A stretch of 64,000 bases of DNA from an uncultured delta proteobacterium. Its GTDB lineage: Bacteria > Myxococcota_A > Polyangia > Polyangiales > Polyangiaceae. Position 1 is the first letter of the stretch; the number at the start of each line of letters is the position of its first letter. Shown here in pieces: positions 28,111 through 37,873 of this stretch. Below the pieces are notes generated by a model. That model was given only the letters and a program-made list of their open reading frames with translations, had not been told where the DNA came from and ran no database searches. The stretch spans positions 448,001-512,000 of the forward strand of contig CAWJCS010000006.1 of the NCBI GenBank assembly GCA_963841435.1, read 5' to 3'. Both the position numbers and the translations under genes were made by a program.

Positions 28111-30561
28111 ATGACGCTCTCGACTCGCTCGTCCACGTCCTTGTTCACCAAGGCTCTCAGGACCCTGAGAAAGGGCGCCACCGGCGCCGCGTTGCTCGCC
28201 GGCTCGGCTGCCCTCACCGCGGGCTGCCTCGATCGCCCGGTGACGCCGGCAACACCGACGACGAGCAACGTCTTCATCAGCCAGATCCGCCAGACGGGCG
28301 TCGATAAGATCGACCTCTTGTTCATGATCGACAACTCGATCTCCATGGCTGACAAGCAGCAGATCCTGAGCCAGGCGGTGCCCGTGCTCGTGAACCGCCT
28401 CATCAGCCCCATCTGCGTCAACATGAACGGTATGCCGGCGGGCGGGCAGGCGCCGAACTGCCCGAACGGCTCGAGCCCGGAGTTCAAGGCCGTCGAGAAC
28501 ATCCACATCGGCCTCATCACGTCGAGCATCGGCGACCACGGTAGCGCCGACGTGTGCTCGGACGCCACCGCCACCGCCGACACGACGTACAACGATCGAG
28601 CGCAGCTCCTGCCGAGCGTGAACCAGCAGGCCACCGGCCGCGCTGCCCTCGCGAGCTGGAACAATTCAGGCTTTCTCGTGTGGGACCCCCGCCAGGCGAC
28701 CGGCGGCGTCACGCCGCACATGCCGCCCGGCTACGGCTCGCCGCTCGCGGGCAGCCCCGGCGACGCCGCCGCGATGATCACGGCGTTCACCAATCAGGTG
28801 ACGGCCGCTGGCGAGCACGGCTGCGGCTACGAGGCGCAGCTCGAGTCCTGGTACCGCTTCCTCATCGATCCGGAGCCTGTCGAGACCATGGGCAACAACG
28901 GGCAGTCGAGCGTGCGCGGCCCCGTGAACCAGGTCGTGCTCGCGCAGCGCGCCGCCTTCATGCGCCCCGACTCCCTGCTCGCGATCATCATGCTTTCGGA
29001 CGAAAACGACTGCTCCATCCTCGACGAGGACGGGTTGCAGGGCTGGCTCGTACCGTTCAAGGGCGGCCCCATGTTTAACACGTGGCGCATGCCGCGCGCC
29101 CACCAGATCTGCGCAACGCAGCCGAACAGCCCTGACTGCAAGCCCTGCGGCGCGGGTGACCCCGATCCGGCCTGCACGGGCATGGGCGAAAAGATGACCA
29201 CCTCCGAGGACAGCCCGAACGTGCGCTGTTTCAAGCAGAAGCAGCGCTTTGGCGTCGATCTCCTGTATCCGGTGCGCCGCTACATCGACGGCCTGACGCA
29301 GCCCTTCATCGACCCGCGCTACAACGGCATGCCCGTGGCAAACCCGCTCTTTGCAGGCGGCGCCGCCGGTGAGGCGGGACGTGACCGTGGCCTCGTGTTC
29401 CTCGCCGGTATCGTGGGCGTCCCCTGGCAGGACATCGCGACCGACGGCTCGATCATGGGTCAGCCGAACAGCCTGACGGCGATGCGGACGTTGCAGTACA
29501 TGACGGCCGAGGAGCTCAATGCGGCCAAGCGCTGGGACGTGATCCTGGGCGATCCCGACAACGCCGTGCAACCGACCGATCCCTTCATGATCGAATCGAT
29601 CGATCCGCGGCCCGTCATGCCGCACCCGTTCCTGCCGGGTGTTTCAACGTCGCCGCCGGACGCCACGATGCTGCTCAATCCGATCAACGGCCACGAGCAG
29701 CAGGTCATCGCCACCGAGCGCGCGGATCTCCAGTTCGCGTGCATCTTCGACCTCTCGACGCCGACGCCCTGCACCATGGCGAACGAGGGCGGCTGCGACT
29801 GCAACGCCGACGAGTATCCGAAGAACAGCCCGCTCTGCCAATACCCGGCGGCCGATATGGACGGCACGCAGCAGCGTGCCAAGGCCTACCCGGGAACGCG
29901 CGAGCTCCAGGTGCTCAAAGGCATCGCGTCGAACGCCATCGTCGCGAGCATCTGCCCGAAGAACATCACCGCCATGGGCGGCATGGCCGCGGACGCCAAC
30001 TACGGCTACAACCCCGCCGTCTCCGCGATCATCAGCCGCCTCAAGGAAGCGCTCACGGCGAAATGCCTGCCCCGCGCGCTCACTCCCGAGGACAACCCGG
30101 CATCGCCCGAAGTTGGCAAGGTGCCCTGCCAGGTGGTCGAGGTGCGACCCGAGGGGATGGGCGGCTCGTGCGAGGCCTGCGATCCGAGCATCGGTCGCTC
30201 GCCGCTCGAGGGCGAGGAGGCCAAGATCATCCCGGCCGTGAAGGAAGACCTCTTCAACCATGGCCAGTGCGGTGGCAGCGGTCAGGTGAGCTGCAGCGAC
30301 TTCTGCTTCTGCAAGATCCGGCAGTTCACCGACGCGGACCTCAGCACGTGCGTCAGTGTTGCGCAGGATCCGGGCAACCTGTTCGGCTACTGCTACGTCG
30401 ATCCGACGGTACCGAACTACAACAAGGACCTGCTCGCGTCGTGCGACCCGACGCAGCAGCGCATCCTGCGCTTCCTCGGCGGCAACCTGCCGGCCAAGGA
30501 CGGCCTCGCGTTCATCGCCTGCATCGGCGAAGCGGCGAGCGCGACCCAGGTCGCCCCGTAA
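28111..30561 (+). CDS. Large Cys-rich lipoprotein with vWA-like (MIDAS DxSxS) domain
   Basis: Lipobox LTAGC; KIDLLFMIDNSISMADKQ; GCGYEAQLE; LAIIMLSDENDCS; many Cys. Confidence 0.8.
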   Translation: MTLSTRSSTSLFTKALRTLRKGATGAALLAGSAALTAGCLDRPVTPATPTTSNVFISQIRQTGVDKIDLLFMIDNSISMADKQQILSQAVPVLVNRLISPICVNMNGMPAGGQAPNCPNGSSPEFKAVENIHIGLITSSIGDHGSADVCSDATATADTTYNDRAQLLPSVNQQATGRAALASWNNSGFLVWDPRQATGGVTPHMPPGYGSPLAGSPGDAAAMITAFTNQVTAAGEHGCGYEAQLESWYRFLIDPEPVETMGNNGQSSVRGPVNQVVLAQRAAFMRPDSLLAIIMLSDENDCSILDEDGLQGWLVPFKGGPMFNTWRMPRAHQICATQPNSPDCKPCGAGDPDPACTGMGEKMTTSEDSPNVRCFKQKQRFGVDLLYPVRRYIDGLTQPFIDPRYNGMPVANPLFAGGAAGEAGRDRGLVFLAGIVGVPWQDIATDGSIMGQPNSLTAMRTLQYMTAEELNAAKRWDVILGDPDNAVQPTDPFMIESIDPRPVMPHPFLPGVSTSPPDATMLLNPINGHEQQVIATERADLQFACIFDLSTPTPCTMANEGGCDCNADEYPKNSPLCQYPAADMDGTQQRAKAYPGTRELQVLKGIASNAIVASICPKNITAMGGMAADANYGYNPAVSAIISRLKEALTAKCLPRALTPEDNPASPEVGKVPCQVVEVRPEGMGGSCEACDPSIGRSPLEGEEAKIIPAVKEDLFNHGQCGGSGQVSCSDFCFCKIRQFTDADLSTCVSVAQDPGNLFGYCYVDPTVPNYNKDLLASCDPTQQRILRFLGGNLPAKDGLAFIACIGEAASATQVAP

Positions 30562-30637
30562 CGCACCGCGGGGCGACCGGGCTCGCGCCCTGGTCGCCCG
30601 CCTGCGGCATTCCGAGGCGCGTGCTAGCTTCGAGTGC

Positions 30638-31210
30638 GTGACGGTCGCGCCGAAGCTCCGGTTCTCCTTTCGAGAATACCTGCGCGTCGAGGCAGGGAGC
30701 AGCGCCAAGCACGAGTTCTTGGACGGGCTCATTCTCGGCATGGCGGGCGGCACGCCGGCGCACGCGGCGCTTGCCAGTGCCGTGGGGAGCTCGCTCACTC
30801 GCCAGCTCGAGGGGAAGCGTTGCCGGGTCTACAGCGAGGCGCTCCGCATCCGGGTCCTCGCGACGGGATTTGCCGGCTACCCCGACGTGACCGTGGTGTG
30901 CCAAAAGCTCGAGGTCAATCCCGAGGACGAGAACACCGTCACGAACCCCGCGGTCGTGGTCGAGGTCCTGAGCCCGAGCACGGAGGGCTACGACCGCGGC
31001 GAGAAGCTCGCCCAATATCAGCGTATCCCGTCACTTTCTCACATCGTGCTCGTCGCGCACGACACGCCCTCGATCGAGGTCTGGCTTCGCGAGGGCGCGG
31101 CGTGGCGCTCGATCAGCGCCGGTCCGGGCGGGCGCGCGGAGCTTGCTGCGATCGGTTGCGTGCTCGACGTGGACACCGTCTACCGCGATCCGCTGGCTCT
31201 GCCGTCGTGA
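30638..31210 (+). CDS. Uma2 family putative endonuclease
   Basis: KHEFLDG..MAGGTPAH, YPDVTVVC, VEVLSPSTEGYDRGEK. Confidence 0.93.
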   Translation: MTVAPKLRFSFREYLRVEAGSSAKHEFLDGLILGMAGGTPAHAALASAVGSSLTRQLEGKRCRVYSEALRIRVLATGFAGYPDVTVVCQKLEVNPEDENTVTNPAVVVEVLSPSTEGYDRGEKLAQYQRIPSLSHIVLVAHDTPSIEVWLREGAAWRSISAGPGGRAELAAIGCVLDVDTVYRDPLALPS

Positions 31211-31302
31211 AGGCGCTCTGGGACCTGCCCTCCGCGCTCCAGCCGCACGCCGCGCTTGCTGCTTGAACACCGGTGCCGCTCGGGACAAGCTCGCTCTCGA
31301 CG

Positions 31303-32001
<699 letters not shown>

Positions 32002-32030
32002 CCTCGAGCTCGCGTCGGCTTCGCGGGCCG

Positions 32031-32279
32031 TCAGCGCGGGCGCGCCCGCTCAGTGGCGGCGTCTGGCCCGGCGTCGCTGCCCGCGTCGACGGCGACGGGC
32101 ACGGGGACGCAGGCGTCGCCATCGGGCAGCGTGCCGCGCGGGCAGGCCGCGGTGAGCGAGGGTGCGAGCTCGCTCGATGTGGATGGCAGCGCTTGCGCAC
32201 CCACGCGCACGATGTGGGGGGAGCGCGCCACCGCGACGGCCAGGGCGGCGAGGACCGCGGCGAGCACACCGGCTTTCAC
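32031..32279 (-). CDS. Small membrane-anchored/secreted hypothetical protein
   Basis: Hydrophobic N-term GVLAAVLAALAVAVA; CPRGTLPDGDAC motif; fills an intergenic gap. Confidence 0.55.
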   Translation of the reverse strand: MKAGVLAAVLAALAVAVARSPHIVRVGAQALPSTSSELAPSLTAACPRGTLPDGDACVPVPVAVDAGSDAGPDAATERARPR

Positions 32280-32321
32280 GACGGGCGACACGAGCCCAGG
32301 ATAGCGCGCTATTGTCGTCCC

Positions 32322-33143
32322 GTGTTTCGAAGCGGCAAGCTCTCTCCGGCCGACGCGGCCATCTTCGAGACGTTCGTCGTCCCGCGCTACCTCTCGCTGT
32401 ACGGCGAGCTCGCGCTCGACCTCTTGCTCTCGGGGGACGTGGCGCGCGCCCTTCACGTCGGCTGCCGCACGGGATACCCGGATCTCAAGCTCTACGAGCG
32501 TGTCGACCAGGTGGAGATCATCGGCCTGGACGCGTCCTTGCCGGCGCTCGAGCTCGCGCGCAACAAGGCGGCCGCGCGCCGCGCCGAGAGCATCGAATAT
32601 CGCGTGCTCGAGGACGGTCTGGGCGACATGGAGGGCGGCCAGTTCACGCACGCACTCTGCTTGCATCCGATCACGCTCGTCGAGGATCGCCTCGAGCTCT
32701 TTCGTGACCTTCGGCGCCTGCTCTGCGAGGGCGGCCAGGCGCTCGTCGCGCTGCCGCTGCGCGGCTCCTTCCAGGAGATCGCGGACCTTTTGCGCGAGTA
32801 CGCGCTGAAGTTCGACGCGACCGACTTCGGCAAGGCCGTCGAGTTTGCGCTCGCCACGCGCCCGTCGATCGAGTCGCTGTCCGAGGAGCTCGAGGGCAGT
32901 GGCTTCGAGGACGTCGACGTGGAGATCCGGCAGACGGTCTTGCCGTTCGACAGCGGGCGCGCCTTCGTCGAAGACCCCGTGACACGCCTTCTCATCATGC
33001 CGGAGCTCGAGACCTGGCTCGGCGGCCACGATCTCAAGAAGCCCATGGAGTACGTGCGCGACGCCGTCGACAAGTACTGGTCCGAGGGCAAGCTCGAGGT
33101 CACGCTGAACGTCGGCTGCGCGAGCGCCCGCGCCTACGGCTGA
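32322..33143 (+). CDS. Class I SAM-dependent methyltransferase-like protein
   Basis: FETFVVPRY, ALHVGCRTGYPD, IGLDASLPALELAR; degenerate GxGxG. Confidence 0.8.
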   Translation: MFRSGKLSPADAAIFETFVVPRYLSLYGELALDLLLSGDVARALHVGCRTGYPDLKLYERVDQVEIIGLDASLPALELARNKAAARRAESIEYRVLEDGLGDMEGGQFTHALCLHPITLVEDRLELFRDLRRLLCEGGQALVALPLRGSFQEIADLLREYALKFDATDFGKAVEFALATRPSIESLSEELEGSGFEDVDVEIRQTVLPFDSGRAFVEDPVTRLLIMPELETWLGGHDLKKPMEYVRDAVDKYWSEGKLEVTLNVGCASARAYG

Positions 33144-33162
33144 CGCGCGGGCGCGCGACTTT

Positions 33163-33927
33163 TCACGTGGCGGCGAGCACGGCGCCGAGCGCGGCGACGC
33201 TCGCGAGCTCGGTGCGCAGCACGAGTCCACCGAGGCGGGCGCGCACGAAGCCCGAACGTTCGGCTGCTTCAATCTCGCGGGCGCTGAGGCCACCCTCGGG
33301 TCCGACGAGCAGCACGACGCCGCGCTCACCGCGCCCGGCGACGAGAGCGCCGAGCCCCGTCTCGCCGAGCGGATCGAGGCAGAGCTTCAGGGCGGGATCG
33401 GCGGCGAGCGTGGGAACGAGCTCGGCGAGCAGGCTCGGGCCGTCGATTTGCGGCAGGTCGCCGCGACCGCTCTGGCGCGCGGCGTCGAGCGCAATCGCGT
33501 GCCAGCGCTCGTTGCGCCGCCCGGGCTCGCGCGACAGGCGCACCACGCTGCGCTCGCTCTCGGCGACAATGAGGCGACCCACGCCGAGCGCGGTCGCCGC
33601 TCGCACCACGTCGTCGATCTTGTCGCCCTTCGCGGCACATTGAATCAGGGTGACGCCGCGCGAGCCGTGCCGGGCCGCCGCGACGGGCGTCGCGAGCCGG
33701 CACACGAGGTGATCACGCGCGACGCGGGCGATCACCGCCTCGGCCTCGATTTCGCGCTCGGGGTCGAAGGCCGTGAAGCGATCGCCCGCACCGAGCCGGA
33801 GCACACGCGTGAGGTAGCGCGCCTCCGCGTCGCCGATGCGCCGCTCCCCCTCGCTCGGATCGGCCACCCACACGCGCGGCAGCCGCGTCCGCTCGCTCGG
33901 CTCGGAACCGGATCGCGCGTCGGTCAT
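33163..33927 (-). CDS. rsmE: 16S rRNA m3U1498 methyltransferase
   Basis: RVLRL, ATALGV, AARQSGR, VGPEGGLS, LGGLVLRTELA. Confidence 0.95.
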   Translation of the reverse strand: MTDARSGSEPSERTRLPRVWVADPSEGERRIGDAEARYLTRVLRLGAGDRFTAFDPEREIEAEAVIARVARDHLVCRLATPVAAARHGSRGVTLIQCAAKGDKIDDVVRAATALGVGRLIVAESERSVVRLSREPGRRNERWHAIALDAARQSGRGDLPQIDGPSLLAELVPTLAADPALKLCLDPLGETGLGALVAGRGERGVVLLVGPEGGLSAREIEAAERSGFVRARLGGLVLRTELASVAALGAVLAAT

Positions 33928-33943
33928 CGTGACGTGCTCCGGG

Positions 33944-34654
33944 TCAGTCGGGCAGCGCGTGACCGTAGTCCGCGTACGCGGTGCGCGCCGGCACCGACAC
34001 GAGCACGTCGCGGCGCTCGGCGGGCGGCGGTGGCAGCGTGCCTTTCGGGAGCACGAGCGCCGTGAGCTCGCCGCCGTAGACGCACGCCGTGTCGATGCCC
34101 GTCGCGTCGGGGTGAAGCTGCGGCTCCTTGCGCGCGTTGTGGCCGAACACGACGTGCGGCGGGCCGACGTAGGTCTTGCCCCACGGCGTGCCCCATTTGA
34201 CGCTCGGCGTGCCGTCGTCCGAAATGGAGCGAACGTGCGTGAGAAGGTACGGATCTTGTTCGGAAAACGGGACGCCCGGCACGACGCCAGCATGAACGAT
34301 GCGAAGCCCCGCGTCCCGCACGTCGATGAAGAGCGGAAAGCTCTCGAGCATTGCCCACTCCTCGGCGTCGAGCTCCTCGAAGAGCGCCTGGTGCGTGCGA
34401 CCGAGCTTCGGCAGGGGCTTGCCCTCGCGGTGCGCCGCGCGCGCGTCGAGTAGCCGTTCTTCGTGGTTGCCGCGCACGACGCCCGCGCCGAGTGCCTTGA
34501 CGACCGAGAGCACGTGATGGCTGTCGGGCCCGCGCGCCACGAGGTCGCCGACGAAGAGCAAGCGGTCGTCCGCGCTCGGTCCGAGCTTCTCGAGCAGACG
34601 CTCGAGCTCGGCCGCGCACCCGTGCACGTCCCCGATGACGATCGTCCGTGCCAC
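33944..34654 (-). CDS. ApaH/PPP-family metallophosphoesterase
   Basis: IGDVHGC, VGDLVARGPDS, RGNHE, VHAG, FGH, GIDTACVYGGELTA. Confidence 0.93.
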   Translation of the reverse strand: MARTIVIGDVHGCAAELERLLEKLGPSADDRLLFVGDLVARGPDSHHVLSVVKALGAGVVRGNHEERLLDARAAHREGKPLPKLGRTHQALFEELDAEEWAMLESFPLFIDVRDAGLRIVHAGVVPGVPFSEQDPYLLTHVRSISDDGTPSVKWGTPWGKTYVGPPHVVFGHNARKEPQLHPDATGIDTACVYGGELTALVLPKGTLPPPPAERRDVLVSVPARTAYADYGHALPD

Positions 34655-34876
34655 GGAGAGGGACTCTACAGCGAAATTTGCGCTCAGGCTGGCGGGAGGG
34701 CGCGCGTTGCAGCGTGGGAGCGCGGCCTTGCGCTGGTCCGACGGGGCCCTGGCCGGGCGGCCGAGGGCGCCGCAGGGAGCCTTGCGGTGGCGGTGGAATG
34801 CGGACTAATGTGGCGACCTCTCGCGGCCCGCCGGTTGCGGCGCGAGGTCGAGCCCAATGCTCGAGGAGGCTCCCCG

Positions 34877-35578
34877 ATGTTTCCCAAGGTCGCTCGTATT
34901 TCCTTGTTGATGGGTGCAACGCTGGTCCCGCTCGCCTGCGGGCAAGAGGAAGCCAAGTACGAGCCGAAGCCGGCGTACAGCGGCACCAAGGCGTCGTTGC
35001 CCTCCGTGCCCACGCTACAGAAAAAGCCGATCAAGCAGGGCGACGCCTACACGGTGTGGGGCGCCGCCTACTACCTGCGCAGCCTGGTGCACAGGAAGGA
35101 CATCGCCGGCAAAGACATCACCATCGCGGGTTACATCACCAAGACGAATCTCGGTGATGCGCCCGAGTGCGCCGTTCACAAGACCGGCAAGGCCGATCCC
35201 GAAGGTTGCAAGGCGCCCGTGCCCACGTTCTGGGTCGGCGACACCAAGGACGCGCCCGAGAACGAGTCGATCAAGGTGATGGGCTGGGCCTCGAACTTCG
35301 CGAACCTGCACGACGCGATCGAAGCGTTCGACAAGCCGAAAGACGATGCCGGCTACGACGATCAGCTCTGGGGCGTGAAAGTCCCGGACCCGCTGCCCGC
35401 CGTGGGCGCGAAGGTGCTCGTCAAGGGCAAGTACTCGACGACCTTCATGAAGGCGTCGTCCGGTGCCGAGGCGGATCCCTACCAGGGCATCCTCGACTTC
35501 CAGGACATCACCGTGCAGGAGCCGGCTCCCGAGCTGGCAACGCTGCCCGGGATGAAGCGCAAAGCGCCCGCCAACTGA
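34877..35578 (+). CDS. Lipoprotein, hypothetical
   Basis: GAGGAGG RBS; lipobox VPLAC; strong codon bias. Confidence 0.85.
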   Translation: MFPKVARISLLMGATLVPLACGQEEAKYEPKPAYSGTKASLPSVPTLQKKPIKQGDAYTVWGAAYYLRSLVHRKDIAGKDITIAGYITKTNLGDAPECAVHKTGKADPEGCKAPVPTFWVGDTKDAPENESIKVMGWASNFANLHDAIEAFDKPKDDAGYDDQLWGVKVPDPLPAVGAKVLVKGKYSTTFMKASSGAEADPYQGILDFQDITVQEPAPELATLPGMKRKAPAN

Positions 35579-35842
35579 GCGGCGCGGCCACGGCACGCCG
35601 CCGTCGTACGGCGGCGCGCGGGCCTGTCCTCGTTGGACGGCTGAGCGCGTAGGGTTTCGTGCGTCCTCGTCGGGCGGCAGGGCTGGCTGGGTCCCCGCCG
35701 GACGCCTGAGGTCGCGCGAGCCGTGGCGCGCTCCTGCGGTCGCCCGTGGACGCCGTCGTGTCTCGGGGCACACGCCTCGCGAAGGCGGAAGCGAGCCAAG
35801 TCCGCGGTCTCGTTGGGTCCTTGGTTGGGAACGCCGCTTGCG

Positions 35843-35962
35843 ATGGATGGCGACATGCTCGTCATCGCCATGCTCCCTGCCGCGCTCGCCGTCGCCCTGT
35901 TCGCCTCGACGCTCCTCTGGGCGCCGCCTCGCGTGCGTGAGCGGCGCTCACTGAAGAGCTGA
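35843..35962 (+). CDS. Possible 39-aa single-TM small protein
   Basis: MDGDMLVIAMLPAALAVALFASTLLWAPPRVRERRSLKS: hydrophobic helix plus basic tail, GC3-rich codons. Confidence 0.45.
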   Translation: MDGDMLVIAMLPAALAVALFASTLLWAPPRVRERRSLKS

Positions 35963-36036
35963 ACGCTAGTTCATGTGGGTGTCTGGAGTAGCACCAAACA
36001 CAGGGTGTTTGGCCGGCGGCGAGCCTTCCAGCATTG

Positions 36037-36122
36037 TTGACAGACCGGCGGCTGGACCCTTAGCTTCGGCAGGTCCAGTGGGAAATAGTGGGGCTGAGTG
36101 TCAAGCCAGCCCACCCAGTGGC
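36037..36122 (+). promoter_or_regulatory. dcw operon promoter with MraZ-type direct repeats
   Basis: TTGACA(36037)-N18-TAGCTT(36061); AGTG at 36077, 36087, 36097 and 36117 (10-bp period; the first two are AGTGGG). Confidence 0.8.
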
Positions 36123-36144
36123 AGAAACGAGCCACCCCAAGCCG

Positions 36145-36591
36145 ATGTTCCGCGGGCACTTCATGCACAGCGTCGATGCGAAAGGTCGCATCAGTCTGCC
36201 CGTGCGCTTTCGCGAGCTCGTCTCGGCTTCGGGCGACGCGCGCGTCGTGCTCGCGCCGGCGCCGTTCGATCCGTGCCTGCACCTCTATCCGTTGCGCGCC
36301 TGGGAGGTGTTCGAGAGCCGTGTCACCGAGCTGCCGAGCCTCGCGCGCCACGCCGTGCGCTTTCGCCGGCTCTACGTGTCCGCGGCCGTCGAGTGCGAGC
36401 TCGATGGCTCGGGTCGCGTGCTCGTACCGCCGAACCTGCGCGAGCGCGCGAAGCTCGACAAGGACGCCGTCTGGGCCGGCATGGGCAAGCACCTCGAGCT
36501 CTGGTCGAAGAGCGAATGGGACCGCGCGCTCACGATGACCGAGTCCGAGGTCGAAGAGCTTCGCGCTGCCATGGAAGGGGTCAACCTATGA
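36145..36591 (+). CDS. mraZ: Division/cell wall cluster transcriptional repressor MraZ
   Basis: MFRG, DAKGRISLP, DGSGRVLVP, ELWS. Confidence 0.97.
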   Translation: MFRGHFMHSVDAKGRISLPVRFRELVSASGDARVVLAPAPFDPCLHLYPLRAWEVFESRVTELPSLARHAVRFRRLYVSAAVECELDGSGRVLVPPNLRERAKLDKDAVWAGMGKHLELWSKSEWDRALTMTESEVEELRAAMEGVNL

Positions 36592-37520
36592 TGGCCGCCA
36601 CTCGAATCGACTCCGACCACCAGGCGTTTTTCCACGCTCCGGTGATGCTGAAGGAAGTGCTCGAGGCGCTCGCCGGCGTCGGAAACGGCGTCGTGATCGA
36701 CGCCACGCTGGGTGGAGCAGGGCACTCGACGGCGCTGCTCGAGGCGCTTCCCGAAGCGACGCTCTACGGCTTCGATCGCGACCCCCGCGCCGTGACGGTG
36801 GCGCGCGAGCGACTCGCCCGCTTCGGCGCCCGCGCCATCGTGACGCACGCGTGCTTCGACGAGATCGAGGCTGTGCTCGACGAGCACGGCGTCGGGGAGG
36901 TCGCCGGCATGATCGTCGATCTCGGTGTGAGCTCCGAGCAGCTCACCGATGGCGAACGTGGCATGAGCTTCCGCGTCGCCGGCCCCATCGACATGCGCAT
37001 GGACCCGACCCGTGGCGAGACCGCGCGGGAGCTCATCGAGCGCTCGTCGCAAGAAGAGCTCGCCGACATCATCTACGAGCTCGGTGAGGAGCGCGCGTCG
37101 CGGCGCATCGCGCGCTGCGTCAAGCAGGCGCTCCTCGCCGACCGTCTCTCGGACACGCTGGATCTCAGGCGCGCCGTCGTGCGCGCCGTCGGCCCGCGGC
37201 GCGTCGGCGGCATAGACCCCGCGACGCGCACCTTCCAGGCGCTGCGCATGGCCGTCAACGGCGAGCTCGTCCAGCTCCGCTCCGTGCTCGCGCTTGCCCG
37301 CAAGCGCGTGGCCCTCGACGGCGTGGCCGCCGTCTTGAGCTTTCACTCGATGGAGGACCGCCTGGTCAAGCGCGAGCTCTTCGGGCGACCCGAGTGGGAG
37401 GCGCTCTCGAAGAAGCCTCTCGTGCCGAGCGACGAAGAGGTGGAGACCAACGCCCGTTCGCGCAGCGCGAAGTTACGTGCGGCGCGGCGCGTCGCCGTCG
37501 AGGACGGGGAGGCGGGATGA
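36588..37520 (+). CDS. rsmH: 16S rRNA C1402 N4-methyltransferase
   Basis: HAPVMLKE, DATLGGAGHS, DLGVSS, DMRMD, FQALRMAVN, SFHSMEDR, SRSAKLR. Confidence 0.98.
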   Translation: MMAATRIDSDHQAFFHAPVMLKEVLEALAGVGNGVVIDATLGGAGHSTALLEALPEATLYGFDRDPRAVTVARERLARFGARAIVTHACFDEIEAVLDEHGVGEVAGMIVDLGVSSEQLTDGERGMSFRVAGPIDMRMDPTRGETARELIERSSQEELADIIYELGEERASRRIARCVKQALLADRLSDTLDLRRAVVRAVGPRRVGGIDPATRTFQALRMAVNGELVQLRSVLALARKRVALDGVAAVLSFHSMEDRLVKRELFGRPEWEALSKKPLVPSDEEVETNARSRSAKLRAARRVAVEDGEAG

Positions 37521-37873
37521 CCGAGGACAACCGCTTCCTTGCGCTCTGGATCCTCGCCGTGGTGTCGGCCACGGCGGCGTTCGTGCTTCATCTGGCGCTG
37601 CGCGTCCGCTCCGTCGAGCTCGGCTACGAGCTCGGGCGCACGCACGCCCACGTGGCGCGCCTCCGCGAGGTGGAGCACGTGCTCGAGCTCGAGCTTGCGA
37701 GCCACAAGACGCCCGAGCGCGTCGAATTCGTCGCGCGGACCTTGCTCGGCATGGGCGAGGCGAGCGCCGACCGCATTCTCCCCGCGGGTCCGTTGCCGCG
37801 CGAGGTCGCCGATGCCGACGGCGAAACGGGGCGCGTCGCCGCGGGGCCGCCGTCGCTGGAGAGCGCTCCGTGA
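37517..37873 (+). CDS. ftsL: Cell division protein FtsL
   Basis: TM plus coiled coil, LELELASHKTPERVEFVARTLLGM; position between rsmH and ftsI. Confidence 0.88.
   Translation: MTEDNRFLALWILAVVSATAAFVLHLALRVRSVELGYELGRTHAHVARLREVEHVLELELASHKTPERVEFVARTLLGMGEASADRILPAGPLPREVADADGETGRVAAGPPSLESAP

Noticed and set aside
30638-31210. Defence system built around Uma2
   Set aside because: Solo Uma2 genes are common, and no methyltransferase or other defence partner is adjacent.
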